From Marsupella aquatica (Eukaryota; Plantae; Marchantiophyta): a stretch of 64,000 bases of DNA. Made by a program: the position numbers and the translations under genes. A model generated the notes under the pieces. That model had not been told where the DNA came from. It searched no databases and saw only the letters and a list, made by a program, of their open reading frames with translations. The stretch is taken from the NCBI GenBank assembly GCA_973895155.1, contig OZ316899.1:4157241-4221240 (forward strand). Direction: 5' to 3'. Shown here one piece after another: positions 11,527-23,188 of this stretch (its first letter is position 1; the number at the start of each line of letters is the position of its first letter).

Positions 11527-12671
11527 TCATATGAGAAAGTCACAAAAAATGTTGTTTTTCACAACTTCTCGAAAAACTCAAAACTCAACACCGCCGCGTA
11601 GCCTACAAAGCTAGGAGTCCAATACTGAAAACCGAAATCAAAATCGAAATTTGACGGAAAAGTTATTCAAATTTCGGTCGAGGTGGGTAAAACCTTGGGA
11701 AACTCCCCCGTTTTGACCACCTCAGGGAATAACCGAAATACCAAGTACAACCCGTTGTCGGAATTGCGATGTGATTGGTGCGCTGCATTGCCAACTTCAA
11801 TGGCTACGACCTCGCCGAAAAATAACCAAAAAAGTTACCGTTCGGCGGATGAAATCTTTGTCGGACGGTAAAAAAATAGCTCTCTGGTTTTTTGGAATAT
11901 TCTATGACCCTTGTACAGGCCCTGTGGGAATTTTGGAAGAACAATCGAGGGGCTGACATGTGTCCTCGAACCCCCAAAACCCCCTACCACCCTTCGTCGT
12001 CGAAATCTGGTCGCGCGCGCAGAAAATACACACGGCAGAATGTACCCCTCGACACCAAACGCAAGATATCTCACTCGGGTTTTGACGAAATCAAGATCCG
12101 ATTTCAGATTTGGAAACTAGACTCCGAGGCAATGAAGATCGATATAAGAAGCACCCAAAACGAGGAAAGAACGAGGGAGAAAAAAATTGGTAAAGATGAC
12201 AGATTTCTCTCAATTGCCATAGCCAATTTCGAATCAGTTTTTTCAAAGAGAAAAAAATGGTACCTTGTCAACAACGAATGTTGATCAATTGCACTTGGTG
12301 CCGTCACCAAGTCCAACAAGGTAATTGATTTTGCTTAGCCTTCCTCTTTGCATCAAAGAGCCAATCCCGGACTCAAAAACAATCGTCTTGCCTCAATCTC
12401 TCCGTTGAGTCAAAACACTTGACGCTTCTCCCTCCGAGTCGATTGCCAACTTTCTTCACAAAATCCAGAACGACGAAAACTTAGATCTCTCTGCACCACG
12501 AGCTCCGTTCAACGATTTCTTCACACCGTTAGAAAGCTCTTGCCCTGATCTATCCGTTGAGCCCATAAACTCCAAGTTCCATGCGATGGAACTCTGGAAA
12601 ATCCACCAACACTCAACGCTGGAAAAACCGTCATGAAATCCCGTCACGAACACACGTCACCTCCCAAGCAT

Positions 12672-12683
12672 GCTCTGATACCA
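12672..12683 (-). other. Element C primer-binding site (tRNA-iMet)
   Basis: TGGTATCAGAGC on the minus strand, 2 nt from the 5' LTR. Confidence 0.95.
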
Positions 12684-12685
12684 AT

Positions 12686-13160
12686 TGTTGAGCATAGACG
12701 ACGATCGCAACGGCAAGCCCATGAACCATCCAACGCACAATAGTCGACACAAGAGATACGTGGTTCACCTCCTTGAGGCTACGTCCACGGGAACACACAA
12801 GAGAACTTTACTGAACTCTAAGCCCGTCGGCTATACCGAGTCTCCACAGTGTAAGCTCTCCCTATCTCTCAAGTGGCTCCATAACAATGAGCCTTGGTTC
12901 TACCTCTCCAAGCACACATGCCTCTTATGATATAGTGTGCAACTTAGTTGTACCTAACCACATAGTTGTACCTAACCACATAGTTGTACCTAATCACGTA
13001 GTTGTACCTAACCACATAGTTGTACCTAATCACGTAGTTGTACCTAACCACATAGTTGTACCTAATCACATAGTTGTACCTAACCACGTAGTTGTACCAA
13101 CCCACGTTGTTGTACCAACCACGTCATACCTAACCTAGACGTAAGAGTAAATACCCAACA
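12686..13160 (-). repeat. Element C 5' LTR
   Basis: Same 475-bp sequence as 6556-7030. Confidence 0.97.
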
Positions 13161-14877
13161 CAAGCTTCCATTCTTCTTTCTCACCGTAAACCATCTGTTC
13201 GAGTAGGGAGCATCAGACCTCTCGAGAATCCTAGCACTCAGCTTCTACTTAAGCAGTTCCGCAAGCTTTGGAGCTAAAGCCCGCGGAACCAAAATCGGTT
13301 TCAGATCCCACGGAACATGAGGGATGGTAAAGATGACCATCGGTGTCACCTTACTCGGATCCGCACAACCAATCTCCTCAATCGAAAATGAGAATGCCTT
13401 ACCATGCTCCATTATCATTTTTCAAAATGCCACTTGCTCCACCTCCGTAAGTAACCCATCCGAACCAACCTTTAGCTTTGCCAAACTCTCTTGAGTAAAC
13501 TTATGCCCTATCCAACCAGTTGGCCTCAGCCTTGGTTCCAATCTCGCTCGATCCATAACCTCCATCGCATCATCTGGCAAAGGTATCGCCGCCGGCCTCA
13601 CCTTCTTGTCGACCGTTTTGTATTTGGTACTCGAGTATACAAGCACGGCCATAGACGAGTACTGCCTTTCCAACTCCTTCTCCAGCTTGTCCATTCCCAA
13701 GTTAGACTCCGCACATTCGAGTGGCTCTTCCTCTCCATTATCCATCATGTTTTCCCTTTCACAAGGAGCTAAGGAACGAGCACTCCACTGATCCACTCTT
13801 TTCAGCGAAGTGCCAAGTCGTTTTCCGGACCTGGATCGGAATCGACACTCTCAGTCCTCAACCCTTTCCTATTCCTCTCGTTTCCAGGTAAAACAGCCGG
13901 AAATTGAACCACCTCTTTCCCATCTTTGCTCCGAACCTTCACCATGAAGGTAGTATCATCCAGAACCTTTGTCTCCATCCTCCATTCAGTGATGAACGGC
14001 ATGCCCAGTATCACCGGAAACGACAAGTGCTCATGAACAAAAATGTTGCAAGCCTACTTGACATTCCCGAACTTCACCATCACATTCGGACATCCGCCCC
14101 AAAGATAGTCCTTCATTGAACTGACCGAGTTCACACTCCAAAGCAACTCATTGTCCACCGGCCAATTCCCTTTTTGAAACACCTTTGGATCCATCAAGTT
14201 GATCTCCGAGCCAGTATCAATGAGCGCCCGCACCTTGCCTTCCATTCCTTCCAACTGGCACTCGCTCTCCGGACTTGCTCGAGCCCAGTATCCATCCCGG
14301 TAAGCGTAACCGTTCCCCTTCATTGAGCCCATGACATGAATGGTCCTTGACTCCGCGGTAATGCTTTCCCATTCTCCCCATTCGGTCGGGTCCCTGTTTG
14401 CCACAGACTCAGTTTCACTTTCGGCTCCCATGAGGTCCTCCTCCGCATTGAAGAACTCAATGTCCAAGTCCATGGGCTCCTCTTCAAGGGACTTGACCCC
14501 CTTCGGTTTTCCCAAGTCTGACTCTTCAGGGACAGCAAGCTTACTACCTGAACCCATGGACACCCCAGCAGTGTAAGTTTGGAAACTTCCAATTTCCGTC
14601 TCGCCAGCCTCCCACATCAAGGTGTGAGGGCCCTCCTTGTAAATCCGTTTCCTCTTGGATCTCTCCAAGATCGCTTCCTGGATCTCTCCAAGATCGCTTC
14701 CTGGATCTCTCGCCTCATACTGCCAAAGAACTCGGCGTTGGTAAACCCTTGAGCCTGTTGGCTCCAGAACTTCTCAGCTACAACCTCCGGGTACATGGTC
14801 TGGTCCACGTCCCTGCCAAGCACCCAGCCCGGGTCCTTCCTGATCGGTTTCCCTTTTTCCGGCTCTTTCTCGCTCAT
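13161..14877 (-). pseudogene. Element B protease and RT N-terminus, with frameshifts and stops
   Basis: ALIDTGSEINL aspartic protease, ILGMPF, YKTVDKKVRPA, and PYSNRWF. A 23-bp tandem duplication at ~14657-14710 shifts the frame. Confidence 0.85.
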
Positions 14878-16268
14878 TTCCTCTTCTTCGAACCTAACCC
14901 TCCTTTCTTTGTCTCGAGTGTCCCGCCTCTCTCGTTCCCCTGATTGAGACGGAGTGTCACCTCATCGGTTTTCTTCCTTTTTGACTCGACCGAGGCATCC
15001 CAACTAGCCCCAACCTCAACCGTTATCGCATTGATCAGCACCGGGTCACTCCATCCGGATCTCTCTCGCACCAGATCCGCCAAGCGCTTGTAAAACTTGT
15101 CCGTTTCCATCACGGGGCCATCCAACTCCACATTGTAAACATTTGCTTCCAGGTGCAAAGAGGACGCCTCTTTGACTCGCTTCCCTGCTCGCTTCTCAGC
15201 CAAAGCCTTCATGCCTCCCTTGTTGGAGTTGAATGGGATCGGCTCTTCAGTATCGGCAAACGATATCTTTTTCTGACCAACTTCACCGACGAACTTGATC
15301 AACCCTTTATCCGCAGCTTCCCTCAGGTCCAGGCACTCCCGTTTGTCATGCTCTTTGCTGTCGCACCACATGCATGGCCAACTCTGCATCTCTCGTTTCC
15401 TCTCGGGAGCACTCGCAACCCTTGGTTTTGGATTCTCGACCGCATGTGCCACCAAGATCTTCAGGGTCTGCATCATTTCTATGAGATCATCCACCGATGG
15501 TTTGATCTCATCCTTCGCTGGTTCCCGCTTCCCTTTCCTCAATATCGGTTCCGATGGCCTTAGGTCGAGAGTGGTAGCCTCCTTGTCTAGCTCTCGCCGC
15601 CGGTGTCGATTGCTCACTTTCGACACCGCTTTCTCAACTTGGTTCCAGTCGTTAGACAAGGTAACTCTCAAAGGTTCCAGCAGCTCCATCGCGTTCTCAA
15701 GCTCTTCTCGAAGGTCCTCATCGGCTGCCCGCAAGAAGAGCGTCGAGCGCTGCAACTCGATGATTCCCACATCCCGCTTTGGTAACTGAGACACCCTTCT
15801 CTTGAACTCCCTTAGGAGCTCTTGCGGCCCCTTCAGCTTCTTGTTCCTGTCATTCACCCAATCCAAGAAGGTAGCCTGCATGACCCGATCAGCATCCTCA
15901 GCTTGGAACTCCTCTTTCATCTTCTGGTCGAAATCATCCCAGCCCTCAGCTGACTCAATGATGGTTTGCACCGTCGAACTCAACTCCTTCTCAACCAGCA
16001 CCATGAACTCTTTCACGGCTGTCCCTTCGTCCAACTTGTAGACAGCTGCCTCTGTCAGGTAAGACTTAAGGTAGCTTGTCACATTTCTCCCATCAAACTG
16101 CCCATTCTCCTTCAGAACCTCTTGGAGACATCGAGTAGTTCTATTCGCTTCTCTGTTCGCCCTTTCCGACTCAAGCTCTTCCTTCCTTATGGTTCTCATC
16201 ATCGACATGACGATGCTCGATATCCGATCGACTTCATCATAGTCACCCATCTCATCCAACCGCCCCAA
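14874..16268 (-). CDS. Element B gag with CCHC knuckle and DUF4100-like segment
   Basis: FDGRNVTSYL gag start, CMWCDSKEHDKREC, followed by GLIKF...IPFN. The DUF4100 resemblance is from memory. Confidence 0.85.
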   Translation of the reverse strand: MGRLDEMGDYDEVDRISSIVMSMMRTIRKEELESERANREANRTTRCLQEVLKENGQFDGRNVTSYLKSYLTEAAVYKLDEGTAVKEFMVLVEKELSSTVQTIIESAEGWDDFDQKMKEEFQAEDADRVMQATFLDWVNDRNKKLKGPQELLREFKRRVSQLPKRDVGIIELQRSTLFLRAADEDLREELENAMELLEPLRVTLSNDWNQVEKAVSKVSNRHRRRELDKEATTLDLRPSEPILRKGKREPAKDEIKPSVDDLIEMMQTLKILVAHAVENPKPRVASAPERKREMQSWPCMWCDSKEHDKRECLDLREAADKGLIKFVGEVGQKKISFADTEEPIPFNSNKGGMKALAEKRAGKRVKEASSLHLEANVYNVELDGPVMETDKFYKRLADLVRERSGWSDPVLINAITVEVGASWDASVESKRKKTDEVTLRLNQGNERGGTLETKKGGLGSKKRK

Positions 16269-16271
16269 GGA

Positions 16272-16290
16272 ATCCCCAGTATGGTCGCCA
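16272..16290 (-). other. Element B PBS, tRNA-Arg-like
   Basis: TGGCGACCATACTGGGGAT, 1 nt after the 5' LTR. It resembles the complement of plant tRNA-Arg 3' ends. Confidence 0.7.
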
Positions 16291-16291
16291 A

Positions 16292-17143
16292 TGTCACGTG
16301 GACTTTAAGTTAGGGGCTCCTCGGGCAAACTACACGCTTCTGGCTGCGATCAGGACAGGTGACAAGCACTTTTCGGAGCGAACCCTCACTCCTTTATATT
16401 TTTTTACTTTTCTCACAAAGTTTACAATAGGTGCCCTCAAGTAAGCTTGCCCGCAAGAGTCTGGTAGCTGACCCTACGGCGGGCCGCTACCTCTCACTTA
16501 TCGGGTAGAACTCCTCGAGTGACTAACTACTCGAAATCTGACGGAAAAACTATCCTCCTCGGTTCACAAAAACCAAAACTCGACTAGCTACTCCTCTAGT
16601 CTAAAATAGCTCGCACGGAACTCGGGCCTGGACCAACGAGGCTCCAAACTTGAGAAATTCCCGCCTGGATCAACGAGACTCCAGACTCGAGAAACTCCCC
16701 GCCTGGATCAACAAGACTCCAGACTCAAGAAACTCCCCGCCTGGATCAAAAACTCCTTGCCTGGATCAAAAACTCACTCAGAACTCCAAAACCGACGCAC
16801 AACAGCCGAGTCCCGCAGAACGGAGCGGAACTCACAGAACGTAATTCAACCGACCTGAATAGACAACCGTCAACCTCAATGAGCCGAGGCTCAAGTCTTA
16901 AGTAGCATCAGAAACCCAACCATCCAGCCTAAGCCAGCTGCCATCAGCGAGGCTCATCCAAACTCCAAGCCTGGTGACTCACCCAAACACCAAACCTGGT
17001 GACGAAGAGTCACCCAATCACCAAACCTCAATCCATCCAACCAAGCAGCCCCTCCGAGTCAGCATGCATGCAACCCAACCGGGAAGCCTCGTCCATCATC
17101 CCCTATAAAAGCCATTCCTGAGCCGAAATCATTCGGCACGACA
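16292..17143 (-). repeat. Element B 5' LTR
   Basis: 852 bp, about 98% identical to 2900-3751 by eye. Confidence 0.95.
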
Positions 17144-18156
17144 CCGTCCATACCCCCAAACGGACTTTGAGTTTTGAGGGCTTGAAGGAGAGCTCCTCTT
17201 GGGCCCAAGGCAAATGGAGTTTATTCCATGGGTAACGGTTGCTTGGGACATGAGTTACGGCCCGATCCGGGTTTGGCCAATTGGGGGTCCCAAGCAACCT
17301 GATGGGATTTGAGGGCCTAGTCAGGAGCATTGGATTGGCCCAATCACAATGGGCTAAAGTACTCCGCTTATGAACGCCTAACTAGAAAGTTATGGACATT
17401 GCCAATTGGTGGCGCGCCCAGACATGCGGGTTGGGATCTAGATGGGGGGCCAAAATCTGGGGACCAAAGTAGGTTTGGGGGTGACAGGTCTCTAGAAGCA
17501 TATATGAGGGGAGTGGTGTCACCCTGGGGGCTAAGGGCGAGCCAAAGTCGTGAGCTGCAGCGGTCGCGACACTAAGGGAAAGCACTAAACAAAAATGACA
17601 ACATCCCATTTTGGCAATATCCTGGACAAGGAGTGTTGTGGATGGGTGGTACTGATCCCGAAGACAAGCAAAATCCTCTCCGGATTGAGTTTTGCGGAAT
17701 GAATGGTGCAAGAGTTCCAATTTGTTTGAGGTTGATGTTAACGGCATGTCTCCATTCTTTAGAGTTTTCTTGTAACTCTTGTTGTTTGTCGTCTTGACAA
17801 CAAGTACCATAAATTGACATACTTATGTTGTCAGATTTGGAACGAGGACCCTTGGGTCAACCTTTCACGACAAGTGTTGCAACCTTCATATTGAGGCGCG
17901 TTTTGTAAGGACAAATTTAATTAAACATGTACTTTTACATGACCCATGTGCAACGAATACAATACGGTCCGTGTCCTAATCTTTAAACTATCGTGCAGGG
18001 TTGGTTTTGTGGATATCTTTGGTTACACCTGGTGATTGAAGGTACTTCTATTGGTGGTTTTGGTAACTCTGCTTAATGGCTGCGTCGGAGAACCTAATTG
18101 TTGCTAAGATGGGATCTGTATTAGCCAAGGAGCGAAGGAAATATATTTGAGAAAAA

Positions 18157-18405
18157 GTGTCTGGTGTGGAATGCGGAAGTCTTTTGGATGGACTTCCTGA
18201 TCAACTCGTTGAATCTTGCATTTGGCCTCTCTTGGCATTGTCTTGCACAGAAGACAAACACCTTACCCTTGACCTAAAACTTTTACCCAAACAAACGACT
18301 GGCTCAAATAAGAACAATCATTTGTCTTGGATCCACCTCAAAGAAATGGAACCATCTTGTTATTGGTACACAATTTTGGGCTTTACTAAAATACGCAGTC
18401 CATGA
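18157..18405 (+). pseudogene. F-box-like gene fragment within an unassigned 1.8 kb block (17590-19389)
   Basis: LLDGLPDQLVESCIWPLL resembles an F-box start. It is degraded downstream. Confidence 0.35.
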
Positions 18406-19388
18406 GATTAATGAAATAAACAAAATGCTTGCATGCATTCCTAATGCCGACCTTCTCTTGAACCTACATATACCAGGATCTTCCGAGAGGAAACTCATGT
18501 GCTCCCTGCAATTGATATGCTTGGGTGCTTTTTGTATGACCAAATAGATATGTTTCGTAGAGTTTGGGTGAATCTTGGAGAAAGTGGGAGGAGGACAATT
18601 CTTGCATGGCATGGACAAAAGTAGGGAGATTCATTTAGTAGTTAACAAGTCTGAGTGGATGAGAGATTGCTGCGAACATCTGATAAATTTATTGCACTCC
18701 TCATTCCTCTGTCCGATTTAGTAGTCGATTGTTTTCAGTGTGTGGTTTGCTCGAGAAGAGCTTGTAAAGAAGCATTTTGAATGTAAATGACATTGAATTG
18801 CTTTGCCTGACTTTGGATTGTGTGGTCCAAAGTGTAGTTTTGTGCGTAGCTACGGACGATTGGCTGACAAGTGCATTGGCTTCACAGCCCATTATACAAG
18901 GTACTGTAAAGTTAGAATAAACTTGTAAAATTGGCATGAGTTAATGTTCGCCAAAATTTATTCATGATTTCCTTTTGCTGATCAGGCCATGCTCGAGAAA
19001 TGCATATTTGTACCCTTTGTGGATCCTCCGAATGGGGGAATGGCCCCATGCTGGATCAACTAAGGAGGCTGGATGAATCACTAATTTTGAAGATTTGCAG
19101 GCTGGTCACAAAACCGTTCTATAAGAACCCATTTCACTTTTACGTAGACCAGGTAGAGGGAAAAATTTATATCTGGTGGGACAGATATGTTTCATGGTCT
19201 AGAAGAATTATCCCGCTCTTTCTTAAAATTGGTGCTGTAAAACGTTTTATACTGCATTGCTATCATGTTGTGAAGGGCAATCCTACATATGACCAAATTC
19301 TATGCCTAGAATAGATGTAGAGCATTCAATGAGATTTAGGATGTGATTGACTAGCTTGACAAATCCTCTTGCCACCGAGTTTTTGATT

Positions 19389-19577
19389 GACAGTGAGGGC
19401 TGTTGAGTAGCGGTCGTGTAGGTGAGCAAGTGCGGCTTTGTATGGGAGGGGCCGCAGGTGGTGCAAAGGGCACTAGGGTGCTTGCTCAAGGTATTCCGTG
19501 GAGGCTTTTGGGCACCAAGGGCACTTAGGCGTGAGTGTTGGGATTGGTGAGGGTGCTGGGTGGCAAGGTCCACCACT
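19389..19577 (+). repeat. 3' end of a family-A LTR
   Basis: Matches 62470-62659 and ends GGTCCACCACT, followed by GAACT. Confidence 0.9.
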
Positions 19578-21546
19578 GAACTCAAGTACCCGGCTGGTGA
19601 GCTATTTGTGTGGATTACCACTTTGGGACCGTTCCTAAGGTAAATCTCCCACTTCTTCAACGCATAGATCACAACATACATTTCCCTTTCCAGTGTGATC
19701 CAATGATTTTCCAACTTACATGACTCAAAGGCCACGGGACGCCCATCTTGGTGAAGACAGGCGCCAATGGCGTAATCACTTGCGTCTGTCCAAATCTTGA
19801 ACGGCTTCCCCATCTCAGGTACTTTAGAACCGGCGGCGTTATCATTAACCGCTTAAGTTCTAGGAATGCTAACTCGCAATCCTGTGTCCACACAAACACT
19901 TTGTTTTTCAACGTTAGCGCGTTTAGGGGCCTCGCAATCCTTGCATAGTCTTTCATGTATCTCCGATAGAACCCCGTAAATCCTAAGAAGGCTCTAACCT
20001 GCCTTACATTGGACGGGCGCTCCCATTCTTTGATCTCCTTAAGCTTGTCTTGACTAGGCGTAATCCCTTCCGGGGTAAAGGTATGGCCGGGGAATTGAAT
20101 CTCGTTCATCGCAAACTTGCACTTGCTAGGTTTAGCAAAGAGACAAGCCTTACAAAGGCGAGAGAATACTTCTTTGAGCAACTGCTCATGTTCCTCCAAC
20201 GTTTTTGAGTAGATTAGGATGTCGTCAATAAAGACAATCACTCCTTGGTCCAACAAGTCATGAAAGATGGTATTCATAATCTTCATGAACGTTGCGGTTG
20301 CATTACACAACCCGAACGGCATAACCAAAAACTCATAGGATCTGAACCTTGTGCACATCACGGTCTTGTACTCATCTCCCTTAGCCATGCGGATCTGGTA
20401 ATACCCAAACCGCAAGTCCACCTTTGAAAACTTCCTAGCCCCGGAGAGGCAATCGAAGAGGTCATCCATATGAGGTAACGGGTACTTGTTCTTTACCGTT
20501 TGCTTATTGAGGGCCCGATAATTTGCGCACAATCTCAAAGTACCATCCTTTTTGGACACAAACAGCGCGGGCGCCCCATAAGGACTCTTACTAGGATGAA
20601 TGAACGCTTGGTCGATCAACTCTTCCAAGGAGTTCTTCAACATCATTCGTTCGTTCAGGTTCAAACGATAAGGAGCTTTAGCCTGAGGAGCCGAACCTGG
20701 CTCCAATTCAACTTGGTGATTCACTTCTCTCCGCGGGGGTAAACCTTTAGGTAGCTTCTGCGAGAGCACGTCATTGAATTCCTCTAAAATTTCAGGAATT
20801 TGACCGCAGTTGGGCCTGACCTTAGCTGACTTAACCTTTGGCTGTGAAGCAGCCTCCTTAACTGGGTGGAGATGAAAGAAGAAACATTCATGTCCACCCT
20901 TGAAGTCTTTCCACCATTGCTTCGCCGATACACACGGAGACAACCATGACACTTTACTTACTTTGAGAAATCTTTCTTTATTTTTGATAACTCCGTGTAC
21001 AATGATGGGCTCACCGCCCTTAATGGGAAAATGGAGCATTTCACCCCCCGGTTTCAAGGTAACATTGTGCTTTCTGAGATAACCTACCAAAAAAATGAAG
21101 TCTATGGCTAGACCGTCTAGAACGTAGAACATCTCCTGACTAACAAAATTTTGTTGTTTGCCTATGACCTCTACTCGAAGTCTATGTACTACTCTTGACA
21201 CTATCCCATTTGTGTCGTTGGCAAACTTGCACACTAACGGTTGTAGCAACTCTTGCACATCCACCCCAAGACGTGCTGCCGCCTGCCCACTTATGAAGCA
21301 GGCGGTTGCGCCTGTATCCACCAAAGCAACACCCAGATTACAGTTAGAGGTGACATTCACAAAAATCAGTTTTTTGGGATCCATTGTCTTAACCTTAGGT
21401 ATCTTCTCTTGCAACAACACCTTCTCTACGGCAGGAGCATCCCCTACAGGAACCTTGTCAGCTACTAAGGGTTTGGTTAGAGCGATACTTATCTTAATGC
21501 TCTTCTGCCCTCCATCTCTGCTCGGCTTGCCACCTTTGTGGAACAA
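19578..21546 (-). pseudogene. Element A pol, 5' half (protease, RT, N-part of RNase H), inverted
   Basis: LVDTGATACF, KYPLPHMDDLFD, MPFGL, VFIDDILIYS, WTDASDYAIGA, cut at YLSS. Confidence 0.93.
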
Positions 21547-23110
21547 TCCTTACTTTGATGGCCCATGGTACCACACGTGAAGCACAAACCTTCCACCCGC
21601 CTCTGCTCCATGAGTGCCTGCTTCTTTGCTTTGTGCGCCGATGAGGTTCCTTTCTTGAAGTTGTCGACCTTCCGGTTTTGCTTAGCTTCTCCATTCTGTG
21701 GCTGGGGATCCGAACCACTAGCCCCCGCCCCTCAGATTGCTTACGCTTATTCCCGGGACCTTTTGATTTCCCAGCTTCCCCCTTGAATCCCTTGCCACCC
21801 ACCTTCGCCAAGTCTGATCGGTTATTCACCAACGTAGTGGCCTTGTCGAAGGCGTCAGAAAGCATTTTGAACTCGTGACGCTTTTCCAGTAACTTTTCCC
21901 TGAGCAACGGCGGGAGCTTCACGATAGAGTTGTGAAGTTGTGTATGTAGGGTCTCTTGTCCCACCGGGATACACGCCAACTGGTTTTGGTAATAAGTGAT
22001 GAACTTTTGGATATCACCCCTGAAGCTCATCTCTGTTACACATTTATGAGCGTACCACTTTGAGTACTTAGTGGTGACATGAGCACAAAGTCCTTCAACC
22101 AGATTTTCCCAAGTTAATGGCAAGGAGGAATCCTCTCGTGACTTCTTCCATGACTTGTACCAAGTCAAGTCATAGTCCTTCAGGTAAGGAGCGACTGCGG
22201 TGGCCCAAGTGGAATGCTCAACGCATGCTTGGAGATGAATTTCCATCGTGGAGAGCCAACTCAAGAACTTTTGTCCACTTTGTTCATAGGCCCCGTCGTA
22301 AGTTGGAGGAGTCGGTAGTTGGTTCACTTGGAACATACTCCGTCCAACTACCATTCCCCCCTCGGGATGCGTTGTACTCTGACTATCCATACTAAGTAAG
22401 TACTTAATCTGGGCCCCCTTGTTGTGTTCCAACTGCTCATAAATGAGTCGTTGGTCTTGAGTCAATGGACCCAGACCGTCGTCAGCGGCTGGGCCCTTGC
22501 GGGTTGTATGAGGATGGTCCTCCAACCGTCTTTCCTTTGCGGGCCGTCTGTCCTTAGGTTCTCTTGTGGATTTTGGTGACACTCCCCACGCCTTGTGAGC
22601 ACCATGACCTCCCGAGGCTGAGGCATCACCCGCATCGCCCTGGTTTTCCTTGGTCAAATTATCCACAATGACGTCCGGCTCATGGTCATCCTCTGGTTCT
22701 GCGTTCAACCCTCTCAATGCTGGGATTAGTTCCTCTTCTGGGTCCTGACCCTCTTCCTCCGATTCGGCTTCAGCATCGTCGTCGCTTCCATCTGCATTGG
22801 AGTCATCATTGTCCGACCCATCCTCCGAAGGACCAGCCACCTCCTTCCCTTTAAGTCAACGATGCTCTGTACTTGACGTGTTTGCCGTAGCGGTTGACGG
22901 ATCGGCCGTTGCCTCCTCATCATCCTGCTTGTAACGTTTGTCTAGGGAAGTCAACCCATCCTCCTTCTGTTCATCTTGAACTTGGGCTCTCCCCTTGGTG
23001 GGGGGAGCCTGTTTGCCACTCTTTGATTCAATGTTTTCAGCCATGTTCCCAATGACCGAATCTGCCCGCTGTTGACCCGTCGGGCACGTTGAAGCACTAA
23101 GTCCTCGCAA
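21494..23110 (-). pseudogene. Element A gag, frameshifted
   Basis: PTYDG...WL...W..L retrotransposon gag pattern, plus CFTCGTMGHQSKDC in the shifted frame at ~21540-21590. Confidence 0.85.
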
Positions 23111-23174
23111 AAATCCGTTAAGATTTTGGATTCCAATTTAGCACAGCCCCGGCCCGGTGTCTATGCCAGCAATC

Positions 23175-23186
23175 GCTCTGATACCA
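23175..23186 (-). other. Element A PBS (tRNA-iMet)
   Basis: TGGTATCAGAGC, 2 nt after the LTR end ...CCACCACT. Confidence 0.93.
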
Positions 23187-23188
23187 CA

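Larger units (their letters stand above)
6556..13160 (-). mobile_element. Element C: very young Ty1/copia (Tork/Tnt1-like) inserted in the RT of B
   Basis: Two 475-bp TG...CA LTRs that look identical by eye, 5-bp TSD CAAGC (6551-6555 and 13161-13165), Met PBS, PPT, and gag-PR-INT-RT-RH order. Confidence 0.97.
2900..17143 (-). mobile_element. Element B: full-length non-chromodomain Ty3/gypsy LTR retrotransposon (fungal-like, Phygy/Selgy-type by inference), disrupted
   Basis: Two 852-bp TG...CA LTRs, CCGT duplication at 2896-2899 and 17144-17147, PBS, PPT, and gag-PR-RT-RH-INT order. Confidence 0.95.
2663..17590 (+). repeat. Family-A LTR copy (2663-2899 plus ~17148-17590), interrupted by element B and 3'-truncated
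   Basis: Starts AGTTGTAGGACTCG, a transition-decayed version of AGTCGCGGAACTCG. It aligns with the copy at 61196 on both sides of element B and loses similarity near 17590. Confidence 0.85.

Noticed and set aside
3833-16313. Numerous short plus-strand ORFs overlapping gag/pol
   Set aside because: They are antisense shadows of the minus-strand retrotransposon ORFs.
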